Assembly (NCBI GenBank): GCA_951406725.2
Contig: OX597839.1
Span: 5,580,001 to 5,644,000 of the forward strand
Origin: Octopus vulgaris
Lineage: Eukaryota
Length of the DNA stretch: 64,000 nucleotides
Direction: 5' to 3'
The translations under genes were made by a program, and so were the position numbers. This document shows positions 38,041 through 52,392 of this stretch, piece after piece; the stretch's first letter is position 1, and each line of letters begins with the position of its first letter. The notes under the pieces were generated by a model, which saw only the letters and a program-made list of their open reading frames with translations, made no database searches and was not told the origin of the DNA.

Positions 38041-38322
38041 TGTATGTATGTATGTATGTATGTATGTATGTATGTATGCGTGTGTGTGTGTGTGTGTGTG
38101 TGTTTCTTGTGCCTGTGATGGTCCCCCGTCGCCGCTTTGACAACGGGTGTGTTTGTTTTCCCCCTGAACTTAGCATAATTTCAGCAAAAAAGACCGATAG
38201 TATAAACACTATGCTTAAAAATATAATTCCTGGATGGTCAATTTATTCGACCCAAAGACTTCGAGAAGGTGCTCCAGCATGGCTGCAGTTGAATGATTGA
38301 ATCAAATTAAAGAATAAAAGAA
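37850..38322 (+). mobile_element. old SINE family 1 copy with an expanded internal (TATG)n
   Basis: AAACTGAAAGAAGCCTGTCG, then (TATG)n, then diverged tail GGTGCTCCAGCATGGCTGCAG. Confidence 0.7.
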
Positions 38323-38555
38323 TAGCTGAGAATTGCACCATCACAGTCTGCCTAGGGTTAAACAACAAGACACACAACGAGAAGAGAATGATGATGATGA
38401 TGAAAGTAACGATGACCTAATCCCATACTGGTTAATCTGATTCCGGTTCTGAATTTAAACATGATATTTCGTTTCATATCTCTCCTCCACTCTCTACTTC
38501 TCTCTCATTTTTACCTCACCCTCCCATATTCACATACACACATATACAAATACTT

Positions 38556-38616
<61 letters not shown>

Positions 38617-40138
38617 CATATACACACATGCATATACACATATATACATAGAACACATTTACATACGCACGTGTATATACACACATACACACACGCACGC
38701 TTTCACAAACACACAAACGCACATACATGCGTACATAAATAAATAGACAGATTTGTATGTGTGAAATTAATATATATATATATATATATATACATTATAT
38801 TAAATTAGAGATAAAACCACTATTAGGCAAATCACTATTAGGCATATATATACATACATATATATATTAAAATGTATATATATATATGTATATACATATA
38901 TATATACATTTATATATATGTATGTATATATATATGTATACATTTATATATATATGTATATATATATATGTATGTATGTATGTATGTATATACATATATA
39001 TGCGTATGTGTATGCATATATAATTTTATATGTGAGGATGCTTATTTATATGGCCACACTTACATAAATATAAGGGCATGCATTGTGGACTTAGGCATAA
39101 AGTTACACACACACACACACACACACACACATGCACTCACCCACAATGAGCTGTGCATCGAAATACTACTACTACTACTACACACGTATACAAGTGTACA
39201 ACTGATTCATATCTTTCCTTGCCCGTTACTCGTTCCGTTGCGAGATTCCACCATCGAAGCAACAACTCGTCCATCAACTGAACTCAGTCATTGCTTGCCA
39301 AAATCGAAATTTAGAATTCCATAAGGAGCTGAACTCTGCGTTACACGCTCTGTCTTCAAGTCTTCTGCAGTTGGTCTCACAACGCTAACTGTGTCTGCAT
39401 GACTAGCTGGTTTGGTTTGTCCAGCCTGGCTGCCGGACGGTGGGCGGGACTGTCCGATCTACACTCTGTACTAAGATTGCTTAATTAACAGTCATATCCG
39501 TGCCGGCAGCACCGGCTCCAACACCGTTCCACATATCACGAGCCGCAGGCTGAGTGTATATGGGGGTCAATTGCTCTACTAGAAATAATAGCCAAAGTTT
39601 TCACTTCACTTTTACACGGTTAGGAGTCCACTTCGACGATAGGTAGATAGATAGACAGAAAGATATATAGACAGATTAGATGGATGGATAGGTAGATGGA
39701 AAGTTATATGGGTATATATAAATATATATGGTTTCCTTGTCCAGTCTTTTATTGTTTTTATCTTTATTTGTACTGTTTTTTCTTCATTTGTATTGCTTTT
39801 ACGTCCTGTTCTTGTCATTTTTTTTTTACCCCTCAGCAAAAAGATTTATTCAATTCATTTTGCGGGAAGGACTGCTTCGGTGTGGCTGTGTTCTGCCCTT
39901 ACCTTCGAAACTCGCATTGAGTCGAAACAGGGGCAGCTGAAGAAGGGGAATGTTCCTTGTGTTGTTTGTCTTGTAGTCTGTTTTTTCGTTGTTAAAAAAA
40001 AGTCCGTTTCCTTGTTTGGTTTTATGTTTTCGTTTCTCGTTGTGTTCTACGTTTATTTGTGGTGTCCTGTACACACATATAGATGTCGGTATGTACATAT
40101 ATGTATGTATATATGCATATGTTTTATTTATTAAATTG

Positions 40139-40184
<46 letters not shown>

Positions 40185-40244
40185 CGACTGAAGAATACAA
40201 TTATAATTGTTGTTTATTATATATATATATATTAATACAATATA

Positions 40245-40290
<46 letters not shown>

Positions 40291-40814
40291 TTAATATATA
40301 GCCAAGCATATATATATATATATATATACTGGCCCTTATGAGCCAAGCATGGCTTGAGAAGGAACAAACAACAATGCCCCAACATGGCCGTAGTCCAATG
40401 AATGAAACAATTAAAAGACAAAATAAAACATAAGTAGCATAAATATCTCATGGTGGTGCCCCAGTATGGCCAAAGACTAATAACTGAAACAAGTAAAAGA
40501 TAAAAGATATTACGAAGAACTGATAATTTTCAACAGCGTCCTGTCATCACCTTGAGATATAAAAGTAGGCTTCTATTTTGGTGGGTGGGTTGGTGAGTAT
40601 TTTATCAACAAGGCCGTAAATATAGAGATTAGAGCGGATTATAAGGGTTTCCGAAAATTGAGCATTCCACATAAAATTGGCCTTTAGCATGGCAGCATTT
40701 CTCAAGATGCAGTTCAGAGACTGTTATCCTGGTATTGTTTGACCTTGGATGGTGAAAGAGATCAAGTTAGAAGATGCCGAATGGCGCTCTAGTAATATGA
40801 AAATATTGCATATA

Positions 40815-41362
<548 letters not shown>

Positions 41363-42067
41363 TTACCAAACAGGCCCGTTTAGTATCATATAAACCCATA
41401 TATTTTCTGTGCTAGGAACATTTCCTCTCTTTATATTATATGAAGAATTATTTAATATTTTTTAATGTTTCTTTGGCGAGGATGCTCTTTCAGTTACCAT
41501 CGCCCTTTTCTCTTACAAATGGTTTTATCTGAACAATAAATTCTTGCCTTTGCATCTCTTTTCGGTTTTTTTTTTTTTCTTTTCATTTTATGGTTAACTA
41601 TGTCATAAACTAAACAGTGAAAGTATTTTTTATTGTTTTTCTATCGCTTTATTTTTGCTGCTGAGTTTTCTGGCCGAAGCAAAAAAATCATAAACAAATT
41701 TGCATGCAGTTCTTTGTTGTTTCTCAAGGAGCTTTAGTAATTTAATGTTTTGGCAGCATATAGGGATAACTTTACAGAAGGAGAGTGGCGAGAGAGTGAG
41801 AGAGAGAGAGGGAGAGAGAGAAAGCGAGAGAATGGAGGTTGAGAAACGAAGAAAGAGAGAGAGAGAGTGAGTGAGAGTGATGCAGACGTAAGCCTTATAG
41901 AGAGAACAGGGAGTGGTGAACAAGAGGGGTGAAAGAAGATGAGAGGTGACTTAAGTAAAAGATTTCGAGAATCGGTCTCTGTGTGTGTGTGTGTCTGTGC
42001 GTGTGTGTGTGTATGTCTGTATATATATGTATATATCTATATCTATATCTATCTATCTATCTATCTA

Positions 42068-42150
<83 letters not shown>

Positions 42151-42279
42151 GCATATATATATATATGTATGTATATATATAGATGCGTGTGTGCGAATGT
42201 ATAGATGTATATGCTTGTATGCATGTGTGTATTATGTATATTGAGACATATATAAAGAGTTGGATAGAAATCCGCATAA

Positions 42280-42328
<49 letters not shown>

Positions 42329-42334
42329 CTTATT

Positions 42335-42380
<46 letters not shown>

Positions 42381-42501
42381 GCATACATATATATATTTGC
42401 ATGTGTGTGTGATCATCAGGTGATGGTGGATTTTTGGTCCAGTAAAAATTGTTAAAATGCTGCCGAAACAGCTGTTGGGAACTTCAAAATAAATTGTGCT
42501 C

Positions 42502-42532
<31 letters not shown>

Positions 42533-43061
42533 ATGCTATAGATTGTTATCAAGACAATAAAAGATTACTCAATACTCCTCAACACAAACCATGATATATC
42601 TACCTATCAGCAAGCAAATTAGGGGGAATTGGAGATGTTTAGAGATAGTTTTATATGCAATGGAGTGATATTATTCTTCGTTATCGTTTTCATTCAAATA
42701 TTTATAAATATATTTTTTAGGCTGTGTCGAAGGTTGTTGTCGTTTCATTTGATAATTTTTTTATTGTCCCGGTTTCATAAACGTGCATTGCTCTTATCTC
42801 ACAGGGGCTTTGGTTTTGATTGTTTTTGTTTCTTTCTTTTAACATGAATTAATAGGAAGATAACTAAGGAATATAATTAGGTAGCTGACTTTAAAATAGC
42901 CGGTTAAAGACATAACTATACAGAAAAGAAACGTACTCCCGTATGGCTTCCGAGTTAATGAAAACAAAAAGAAGTTCAACAGATGGTCGTATTGTTTATG
43001 AAAATCGAGTAGCACAGAAATGAATTCTTTGCGAGTGCCTGTGTTTATGTGTATGTATACA

Positions 43062-43480
43062 GGCGCAGGAGTGGCTGTGTGGTAAGTAGCTTATTTACCA
43101 ACCACATGGTTCAAGGATCAGTCCCACTGCGTGGCATCTTGGGCAAGTGTCTTCTGCTATAGCCCCAGGCCGACCAATGCCTTGTGAGTGGATTTGGTAG
43201 ACGGAAACTGAAAGAAGCCTGTCGTATACATGTATATATATGTATGTGTGTGTGTATGTGTGTTTGATTGTATGTCTGTGTTTGTCCCCCTAGCATTGCT
43301 TGACAACCGATGCTGGTGTGTTTACGTCCCCGTCACATAGCGGTTCGGCAAAAGAGACCGATAGAATAAGTACTGGGCTTACAAAAGAATAAGTCCCGGG
43401 GTCGAGTTGCTCGATTAAAGGCGGTGCTCCAGCATGGCCGCAGTCAAATGACTGAAACAAGTAAAAGAGTAAAGAGAGAG
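43062..43480 (+). mobile_element. SINE family 1, full length
   Basis: Same organisation as 15307. Confidence 0.93.
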
Positions 43481-43981
43481 TATATGTGTGTGTGTGTGTG
43501 TGTGTGTGTAGCGCCTTGGGCAAATGTCTTCTATTACAGTCCCAGACCAACTAGCTTTCTATGAAAGAATTTGGTGGGCGGAAACTGTGTGGAAGACCGT
43601 TGAATATATATATGCGTATATGTGTGTGTGTGTTGTATGTGTGTTGTGTATGTATTGTGTGTTGTTTGTGAGTGTATGAGTGAGATTGTGTCTCTGTTTG
43701 CCCTTCCTGCCGCTTGACAACCACTGTGGGTTTTGTTCCGTCTCCGCAACTTAGCGGCTCGCCAAAATTGACCGTTAGATAAGTACATATACATAAGCTA
43801 TTTCTATATACTATGTTCTTTATAACAGATTATTCTCTCTCCTTTCCCATTTTCTCTCCTTTCCCACTTTCTCTCCTACCATTATACCTCAATATTCCCA
43901 CTCTAATACTTCTCTCTATTATCATATGCACCCAATTCCCCTCTCTCTCCATTTATTATTACTTTCCTCCCCAGGCAGCTA

Positions 43982-43982
43982 C

Positions 43983-44035
<53 letters not shown>

Positions 44036-44233
44036 CTCTAGTTTCTCTTCTCTCTACCAGAATTTTTAAAGCTCTTTTTCTCTATATTCTCCTGTATTTG
44101 TTTCTCTCTTTCTCTCAACAGACACCTGTCTGTCTCTCAGTCTCTCTCTCTCAGTCTCTCTCTTTAATCTTATATTCTTCTTTCTAATCTTCTATACAGT
44201 CTCTCTTTTCTCCGTTATCCTCTTCCTACCCCC

Positions 44234-44279
<46 letters not shown>

Positions 44280-44500
44280 CTCTAGTTTCTCTTCTCTCTA
44301 CCAGAATTTTTAAAGCTCTTTTTCTCTATATTCTCCTGTATTTGTTTCTCTCTTTCTCTCAACAGACACCTGTCTGTCTCTCAGTCTCTCTCTGTCAGTC
44401 TCTCTCTTTAATCTTATATTCTTCTTTCTAATCTTCTATACAGTCTCTCTTTTCTCCATTATCCTCTTCCTACTCCCCTCTCTCTCTCTTTCTCTCTCTG
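43982..44500. repeat. ~244-bp pyrimidine-rich tandem duplication
   Basis: TGTTTCTCTAGTTTCTCTTCTCTCTACCAGAATTTTTAAAGC at ~44031 and ~44275. Confidence 0.9.
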
Positions 44501-44755
44501 TTCTGTCTCTCCGATTTGTCTTTCTGGAACTGTTGATCGTTTTACGGATTTGCTATTTTATTTCCAAGCTATTTATACACCATAAAATTTAATAAATATA
44601 TTGGAATCTATCCAATGTTTTTATTAACTTCATTATTTCAAACATTTATTAAGATATTTATGCAAGACTCGAAGTCTCTTCAAGTCAACATTTAATCATT
44701 TTATTTTATCTGTTTCTGCATAAATATATATTCATAAAATTCCTATGTACATATG

Positions 44756-44856
<101 letters not shown>

Positions 44857-44871
44857 ATATATATATGTATG

Positions 44872-44925
<54 letters not shown>

Positions 44926-44933
44926 TATATATG

Positions 44934-44968
<35 letters not shown>

Positions 44969-45101
44969 GTATATATATATGTATATATGTAAATTAAGTA
45001 CCAGTTACGCACTGGGGTCGATGTAATCTACTTAATCCGTTTGTCTGTCTTTGTTTAGCCCCTTGTGGGTAGTAAAGAAACATATATATATATGTATATA
45101 T

Positions 45102-45262
45102 ACGACGGGCTTCTTTCAGTTTCCCTCTACCAAATCCACTCACAAGGCTTTGGCCGACCCGAGGATATAGTAGAAAACACCGGCCCAAGGTACCACGCCG
45201 TAGGACTGCACCTGGAACCATGTGGTTGGGAAGGAAGCTTGTTGCCACACAGCCACGCTGCA
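45102..45262 (-). mobile_element. SINE family 1, diverged 5' half
   Basis: CGACGGGCTTCTTTCAGTTTCC...CCACACAGCCAC. Confidence 0.75.
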
Positions 45263-45282
45263 TCTATAAATATATATATAGA

Positions 45283-45455
45283 TCGCTAGCCACTACACAT
45301 TCTTTATTTTCTCTCCTTGTTTCTTTCTGTGGAAGAGCGTAGGCTCGAAACGTTGAAGACTTTTTCGCTTCCGGAGCGTTAAACTAATACATCTGTTTGT
45401 TGTCTACACTACCTGTCATCGTCTTTTGTTGTTGTTTTTTTATGAATTCTACCTA
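45283..45455 (+). mobile_element. family A short element with a variant hammerhead motif at ~45323-45359
   Basis: CTTT-CTGTGGA-A-GAGC-gtag-GCTC-GAAAC-GTT-GAAG; reverse complement of 4454-4648. Confidence 0.7.
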
Positions 45456-45461
45456 TATATA

Positions 45462-45855
45462 TCTATATATATAAAATTGTAGTTGTGTGAGTGTCTGTCC
45501 CCTTCGATTTAGATTCCTAACTACTCCCACATTTTGCGGTGCAGTTTAACCAAAACCGGGTATCTTATGGTCGTGATTCATATCGAGCCCTTCTGAGTAT
45601 TAGCGCGCGTCTACGATGAGTCTACGATTTTAAAAATAATTTACCATCATTTTTTTCCATTTTCATGCATATTTTTTTAAAGGGAAATAACTTTCTAAAA
45701 ATGTCTACGATGAGTCAACGATTTAAAAAAAAATTTACCATCATATTTTTTCCATTTCTAATGCATTTTTTTGCTATTTTTTGGCTATAACTCTCTAAAA
45801 ATGCTGTATAGTTATTTCCCTTACAAACCCGAGCAACGCCGGGCGATACTGCTAG
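45462..45855 (+). mobile_element. non-autonomous Helitron, copy 2
   Basis: Same 5' TCTATATA and 3' hairpin plus CTAG as 17032-17705. Confidence 0.85.
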
Positions 45856-46280
45856 TATATTTATATAACTGTTCAACTTGATGAAATGGCCGCAATTTCA
45901 TATTACATACTCCTGAAATACTTTTTTACTGCGCAGCTGAGTATCTTTATGAGAACCATCCATTTCGACCGACTATTTCTCATTGCGTTCGCAAGGATAG
46001 CCAATCAAATGACTTCTACTTTACTGTCTTGGTTGCTGAAGCTTCCTGAAAGGGTGTCGTCGATATGCTGAAACAAGCGCATGTCCCAACAGTAAATAAG
46101 TACAATTTTTCTTGTATCTCTCTTTTTTTTTTGTTTTCGAGTGTTACTTTTTCGTTTTATATATTGAGTACTTTACTTGGATATTTTCAATTGCTTTGCA
46201 TGTGTGTGTGTGTATACACGCACACTCACACACACGTGTATGTAAACATATATGTATATATACACACACATACATATGTA

Positions 46281-46319
<39 letters not shown>

Positions 46320-46647
46320 ATATATATATATATACGTATACATATATGTATTTATATATATATATATATATATATATAATCATGTATACGCATACATGTA
46401 TAAAAATATATATGCGTATATAAGTATACAGATATGTGTATGTTTCCATATATGTATAGAGAAATATGCATGAATAAACATATATATATATATATATATA
46501 TATAGTCTATATATATCTGTGTGTGTATGGGGTGAGTTGTATGTGTATATATATATATGTGTGTATGTGTATGAGTGAGTTGTTTGTGTGTGTATGTATG
46601 AATCAATGTATGAGTTCCAAGAATATGCGCACACACATACTCACACA

Positions 46648-46748
<101 letters not shown>

Positions 46749-47054
46749 CCTATAATCCTCAAAGCATACAGACAGATTCTTCTGCTCCAGATTCTTCATC
46801 CCGTATGTTTGATGAATCTGCACCGAAGGGCAACGTTCAACTAATCCATCACCATGGAGACATTAGAGAATTGACGGGGCCCCTACTACTCCCTACAGAA
46901 ACGCGAGAATTGCCGAATAAGTGACATTTTAAAGGTGACGCCAAGACGTATGTGTGGATATGTGTGTACATGTCTGCTTCTATCATTCTCTCTCTCTATC
47001 TCTCTATCTCTGTCTCTGTCTGTCTCTGTCTCTGTCTCTCTGTCTCTCTCTCTG

Positions 47055-47085
<31 letters not shown>

Positions 47086-47430
47086 GTCTATAGATCTATT
47101 ATCCCGTATGATTCTCTCTCCCTCTCTTCCGCTCCCTCTCTCTCTTTTTCTCTCTCTTTCCCCACTCTCTCTCTCTCTCGTCATTTTTATGTCATTCTAT
47201 CCATCTATCTACCCGTCTCCCTCTTTCTCTCTCTCCTTCTCTGTCTGTCTATTCCTCTATCTGCCTGCATGATACTCTCTTTCACTTTCAATCTTTAACT
47301 CCCTCTCTCCCTTTCTCTTAATATCTATCTCCATGTATGATGTACTCTCTCTCTTCTTCCTCTCTCTCTTTTCCCCTCTCTCTCTCTCCCTCCTTGTGCC
47401 TTTCTCTTAATATCTATTTCCATATATGAT

Positions 47431-47510
<80 letters not shown>

Positions 47511-47641
47511 ACACACACACACTCTCTCTCTCTCTCTCTCTCTCTCTCTTAGTTGTTTGTGAATTTCTTTATTTCTCTCTTCCCACTCCTCCACTTATTT
47601 CAGAAATAGCGAATATATTACATTCTAAAGGTGACGTCAAT

Positions 47642-47689
<48 letters not shown>

Positions 47690-48024
47690 GAACTTTGTGT
47701 GTGAGTTTGTGTATGTCTGTGTGTGTATGTGTCCGTGCGTATATATGTGTGTGTGAATCTATGTTTATATACTTGTATGAGTGTATATGTGTGTGTGTGT
47801 GCATATGTTTTATGGTAAACATGAATATCTGTCTCTATCACTATCTCTCTCGCCCTCTCACCTCATCTCTTTCATCATCGTCTCTCTCTCTCTCTCTTAT
47901 TCCCCACCACCACACCTTTCTCTCCCTACGCCTCCCTCCTTCTGAAGAAATAGCAAATTCGTTACATTTTAACAGTGACATCAAGACATATATGTCTCAT
48001 TTTTTCTCACAGAAACACAAACTC

Positions 48025-48078
<54 letters not shown>

Positions 48079-48128
48079 GCTCTCTTTCTCTCTCTCCTTT
48101 ATTCCATGGCAGCTGTCAACTAGAAATA

Positions 48129-48205
48129 GGTGCAGGAGTGCCGACCAAAGCCTTGTGAGTGGATTTAGTAGACGGAAACTGAAAGAAGCCCGTCGTATAT
48201 ATGTA

Positions 48206-48259
<54 letters not shown>

Positions 48260-48475
48260 TGTGTGTTTGTGTGTCTGTGTTTGTTCCCCTAGCATTGCTT
48301 GACAACCGATGCTGGTGTGTTTATGTCCCCGTAACTTAGCGGTTCGGCAAAAAGAGACCGATAGAATAAGTACTGGGCTTACAAAGAATAATAAGTCCCG
48401 GGGTCGATTTGCTCGACTAAAGGCGGTGCTCCAGCATGGCCGCAGTCAAATGACTGGAACAAGTAAAAGAGAGAA
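48129..48475 (+). mobile_element. SINE family 1 with a head deletion
   Basis: GGTGCAGGAGTG joined to CCGACCAAAGCC; full tail. Confidence 0.85.
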
Positions 48476-48926
48476 AAAAAAAAGAGAAAAAGAGACATAC
48501 CTATGTCTTGTTCCTCGACTAAACTCCTTATTTCACGTTTATTTCAAGAAATTCGACATCACTAATATGGCGTCCATCCTAAAACAGCGATTCTCGTTTT
48601 ATTAATTTTCACTCTTTTTTTTTATTGCAATTTTCTGTTTCTTATTTCGTCTCCAAGTTATTTTTTATAGGGGAAGCTCTTTGTTTCTTTCTGGTGGTCG
48701 GTAAAGCTATTATTGTTGCGATTGTTGCTGGTGTAGTGAAATTTTTACTTTTGTTTTTTTAAATAGTCATTCTTTTCTTCCTCTCTCTCTCTTCTCTGTT
48801 CCCAATCCTCCTCCTTCCACCACTATGACTATTACTCCTTTTCTCCTCCTAATCCTCCCGCCGAAACTACACCTGATTATATATACACACTTTAGATGAG
48901 TTGTAGTGTACCTGAGCACTGTACAC

Positions 48927-48990
<64 letters not shown>

Positions 48991-49744
48991 TATCCTTTTT
49001 CTTCTATCACTCATCCTCAATCTCCTCTTTATTTCATTCCTCGTCTTTTTCTTTTACTCCTCCCCTTCCTCTTCTCCAACATCAACTATTACTACTAATA
49101 CTTCTATACCCTATCTTTCCTCCATCTCCTCCTCCTTATCCCCTTCTTCTTACTCCTTGTTTTGTCGACATCCTCTTTCTCTTTTTCTCTCTCGCAATTC
49201 TGTCACCCATTGCACAAATAATATTCCAGCAATTATCACTACCAACAACAGCAAAAAACAAAAAAAAGGAAGAAAACCGTTCCCAGTAAAAGACAAATAT
49301 ATGGGTACCCACTGAAGTTATTTCCCCCACAACATTCAGTTGCATTATGGGATACAGTATTACTACAAACTGTAAACTGTCAAACTAAATAAATATTTCG
49401 CGAAGCAATTTGATTGTTTCACTTCGCAATCGAAGTTGAAATTCTACCGAGATTGAGTTTAGCAGCAATTCTTCCCCCGTGGTGAGTTCTGTTTATAAAA
49501 CAAGGAGCAAATCGATTCCTGCGATCGGTTCAATTGATTGAACCCCTTCAGCCACTAAATATGTGACCCCATCCTACTGCAGTATTTTCTGCCAAGCTGC
49601 TTGGATTTGCCATATTTGGCAACTGAAACAAAATTTCGTAGTCACTGCCTAACGTTTCCTTGCTAAAATTACACACACACAGATACGAAAGCGCGCGCAC
49701 ATACACATATGTATCTATTCACACACACACACACATACATATAT

Positions 49745-50095
49745 ACTAGTCAGTTAAGGTGATACAGTGTCACGTGACAACTTACTGGGGCTGCCTGCTG
49801 GAGCCTAGCGGCAGGTATTTAAAGGGAAAGATTTGACAAGTCAGCCAGTCACCGGCTGACACTCGCTGACGATACATCGAAGAGGCCAGGGAACAGAAGA
49901 AAGAAGAAGAAAGAAGACATGCACCCAACACCAGAGCTGATGACACCTTCGAAAGAGGGGAGCCCCGCCACGTCAAAACGGTAAAGGAGTAGGGGCCGAA
50001 ACCGGACTTGGTTCCTCCTGATGATGTCTTGAGCTAACTGGATCCTATAAAGGAGCTGTTGCGGTAGCAGACCACGAAACACGGTTGTAATTCCT
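49745..50095 (+). mobile_element. probable PLE pseudo-LTR remnant with two tandem degenerate hammerhead motifs
   Basis: GC-rich island; TATTTAAA box; CTGATGA(49937)...GAAACCGG(49998) then CTGATGA(50018)...GAAACACGGTT(50076). Confidence 0.55.
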
Positions 50096-50303
50096 ATATC
50101 TATATATATTCATATACGCCAATATACAAACAGTATATATATACATTCAAATATAATTCGCATGGTAAATACTATATACTGACAGTTGGGATTTAGCTAA
50201 ACCATCCAGCGACGGAATTGAATAGTCATGACTAATGAGTTTTAATTTTAAGCGAAACTAGATAAGTATAGTGATCTGGCTCAGTGTGGGAAGGGCGGTT
50301 ATC

Positions 50304-50776
50304 GGATCTTTTCGGTTTGAACGGCAGTTTTTTCTAGCGGTGTCATATGAAATTGTCACCCATAATTATGACCCTAGATTGCATTTCAATCTCTTTTAGG
50401 GTTAGGGTTAGTTAGGGTTGGGGTTGAGGGTATCTTTTTTTCTTCACAAATGTAAATAAACCCAATTTGTCTTTTAAACTAGGGACATATTCTTACGGCA
50501 CAGAATGCTTTTTAACTCAATAAACGTCACTGATTGGTTGAAATTGCAGAAATTGAAGAAACAAAAGCAACAAATATCTTACAAACTATAGAATTTTCTC
50601 AATAAAGCCAAATTGAAGAAACAAAAACAACAAATATCTTACAAACTATAGAATTTTCTCAATAAAGCCAAGAGAAAAAGATGTTTTATAAACACATTCT
50701 ACCAGTATACGAAGTTTAAAACTTTTTAGTTACCTAGAAATTATGTTAAAAACTGCCGTTCAAACCGAAAAGATCC
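50304..50776. mobile_element. TTAGGG-containing MITE, copy 3, with 8-bp TSD and an internal 60-bp duplication
   Basis: TSD CGGTTATC at 50296-50303 and 50777-50784. Confidence 0.92.
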
Positions 50777-51713
50777 CGGTTATCTTCCCTGTAATAATAC
50801 GACTGTAACAATATAACTGTGATATTCAATGCGCCTTTTTAATATATCCTTAGGTTTCAGGATAGAGTTTGAGGGATATTTTTCACAGTGCAAATAAACG
50901 TATGTAGTCTTCCTTGTAAATGCATTTCTTTTTTTCCTTTTATTTACTTTTAGTCTCGGTAGTTATTGTTAATTTTATTCTTTAGAATAAAATTACTGTT
51001 TTACTTACCTAACCTACTTCATGGTACCCTTTTACAACCATGAAGACTGGGCCAACGACATTTAAGTAGTTTGTCGGCCATGTTAATGTAGACGCATTTT
51101 TCGAAAATAGTCAGACATTTTGGCTCATAGTTTTGTTATTAAAAAAAGAACTAAGCTAAATTTTTATTTATAATATAACCTAGTTTATGATACCTCTTTT
51201 ACAGTTAGATGAAATCAGCTATAGCGACATACGTGTCTTGGCAACCAAATTATTGGAAAAAAATTTTTATTCTTTTTTTTAATATATATATATATATATA
51301 CATATATTTTTATATCTCATTAGTTTTGTCAGCTTTATATATTTTTTTAATAAAAACGTAAAAATATTATATTTTATAATATACCTGATTTCATAATGCA
51401 CTTTTCTAGCTAGGTGGACGCACTCAATCAGAATGAAATAGCTTGGCAGTCATATGATTAACATATATACAATTTTTTTCTAAATCTCGTTACTAGCGTT
51501 AGTTTCGGTAACTTTTTATATTAGTAAAACATAAGATATTATTTTATTCATAATATAACCCTAGGCGGGGAATAGGCAGCGATTTTGATACATTGTGATC
51601 TTCATTTCGGATTTTAACGTCATGGTTTCAAATCAAGCTGGAATTACCTTCGACTTTCATTCTTCCGGCGGGAATAATTTCCTATTTTCATATCTCTCAC
51701 TCTCTCACATTTT

Positions 51714-51837
<124 letters not shown>

Positions 51838-51895
51838 ATATATAATATAGGAAAGAATGGGGCTGAACGAAGATTTAACAAAATTCCTTTATTTT

Positions 51896-51981
51896 ATTTT
51901 CGACATATGTTTCGAAGTCTGCAAAGTCCCTAATTCCGAATGAATAAGGAGACCATTATGCAGCTTTCTCTTCAGGAAAAT
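51896..51981 (-). ncRNA. type-I hammerhead ribozyme with canonical core
   Basis: Reverse complement ATTTTC-CTGAAGA-GAAAGCTGCA...TGCAGACTTC-GAAAC-ATAT-GTC-GAAAAT: 6-bp stem I, extended stem II, palindromic stem III ACATATGT, GUC site. Confidence 0.82.
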
Positions 51982-52195
51982 CCAGGAACTTGATTCTCCA
52001 ACAAAATGCACAACAAGTTTTTCGATGACTGCTCTCTAGGAGCCCATAAAGATAATGATAAATAATGTCTATTTGTCTACTTAAATAATATATATATATA
52101 TATCCGCTTCTTGACTGAAGATTGAAGGCTTCGAATGTCCCGTATGTGTTTTATGCATCGTCTTCTAAATGTTTTACGTTCTTGTCCCAGTTTGT

Positions 52196-52290
<95 letters not shown>

Positions 52291-52392
52291 ATAAAAATGG
52301 TAAGACAACAAAAGAAAGAAAGAGACCTCGATATTATGTAAATAGAGGAATTTATCTGTAAATATAATACGTGACAATTATTCGGTAGCCAT

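Noticed and set aside
39395-39510. HDV-like ribozyme on the minus strand (GG-CTGG...CCAG-CTA-GTCAT)
   Set aside because: A P4/C75-like part is present, but P1, P2 and P3 cannot be assembled in the required order
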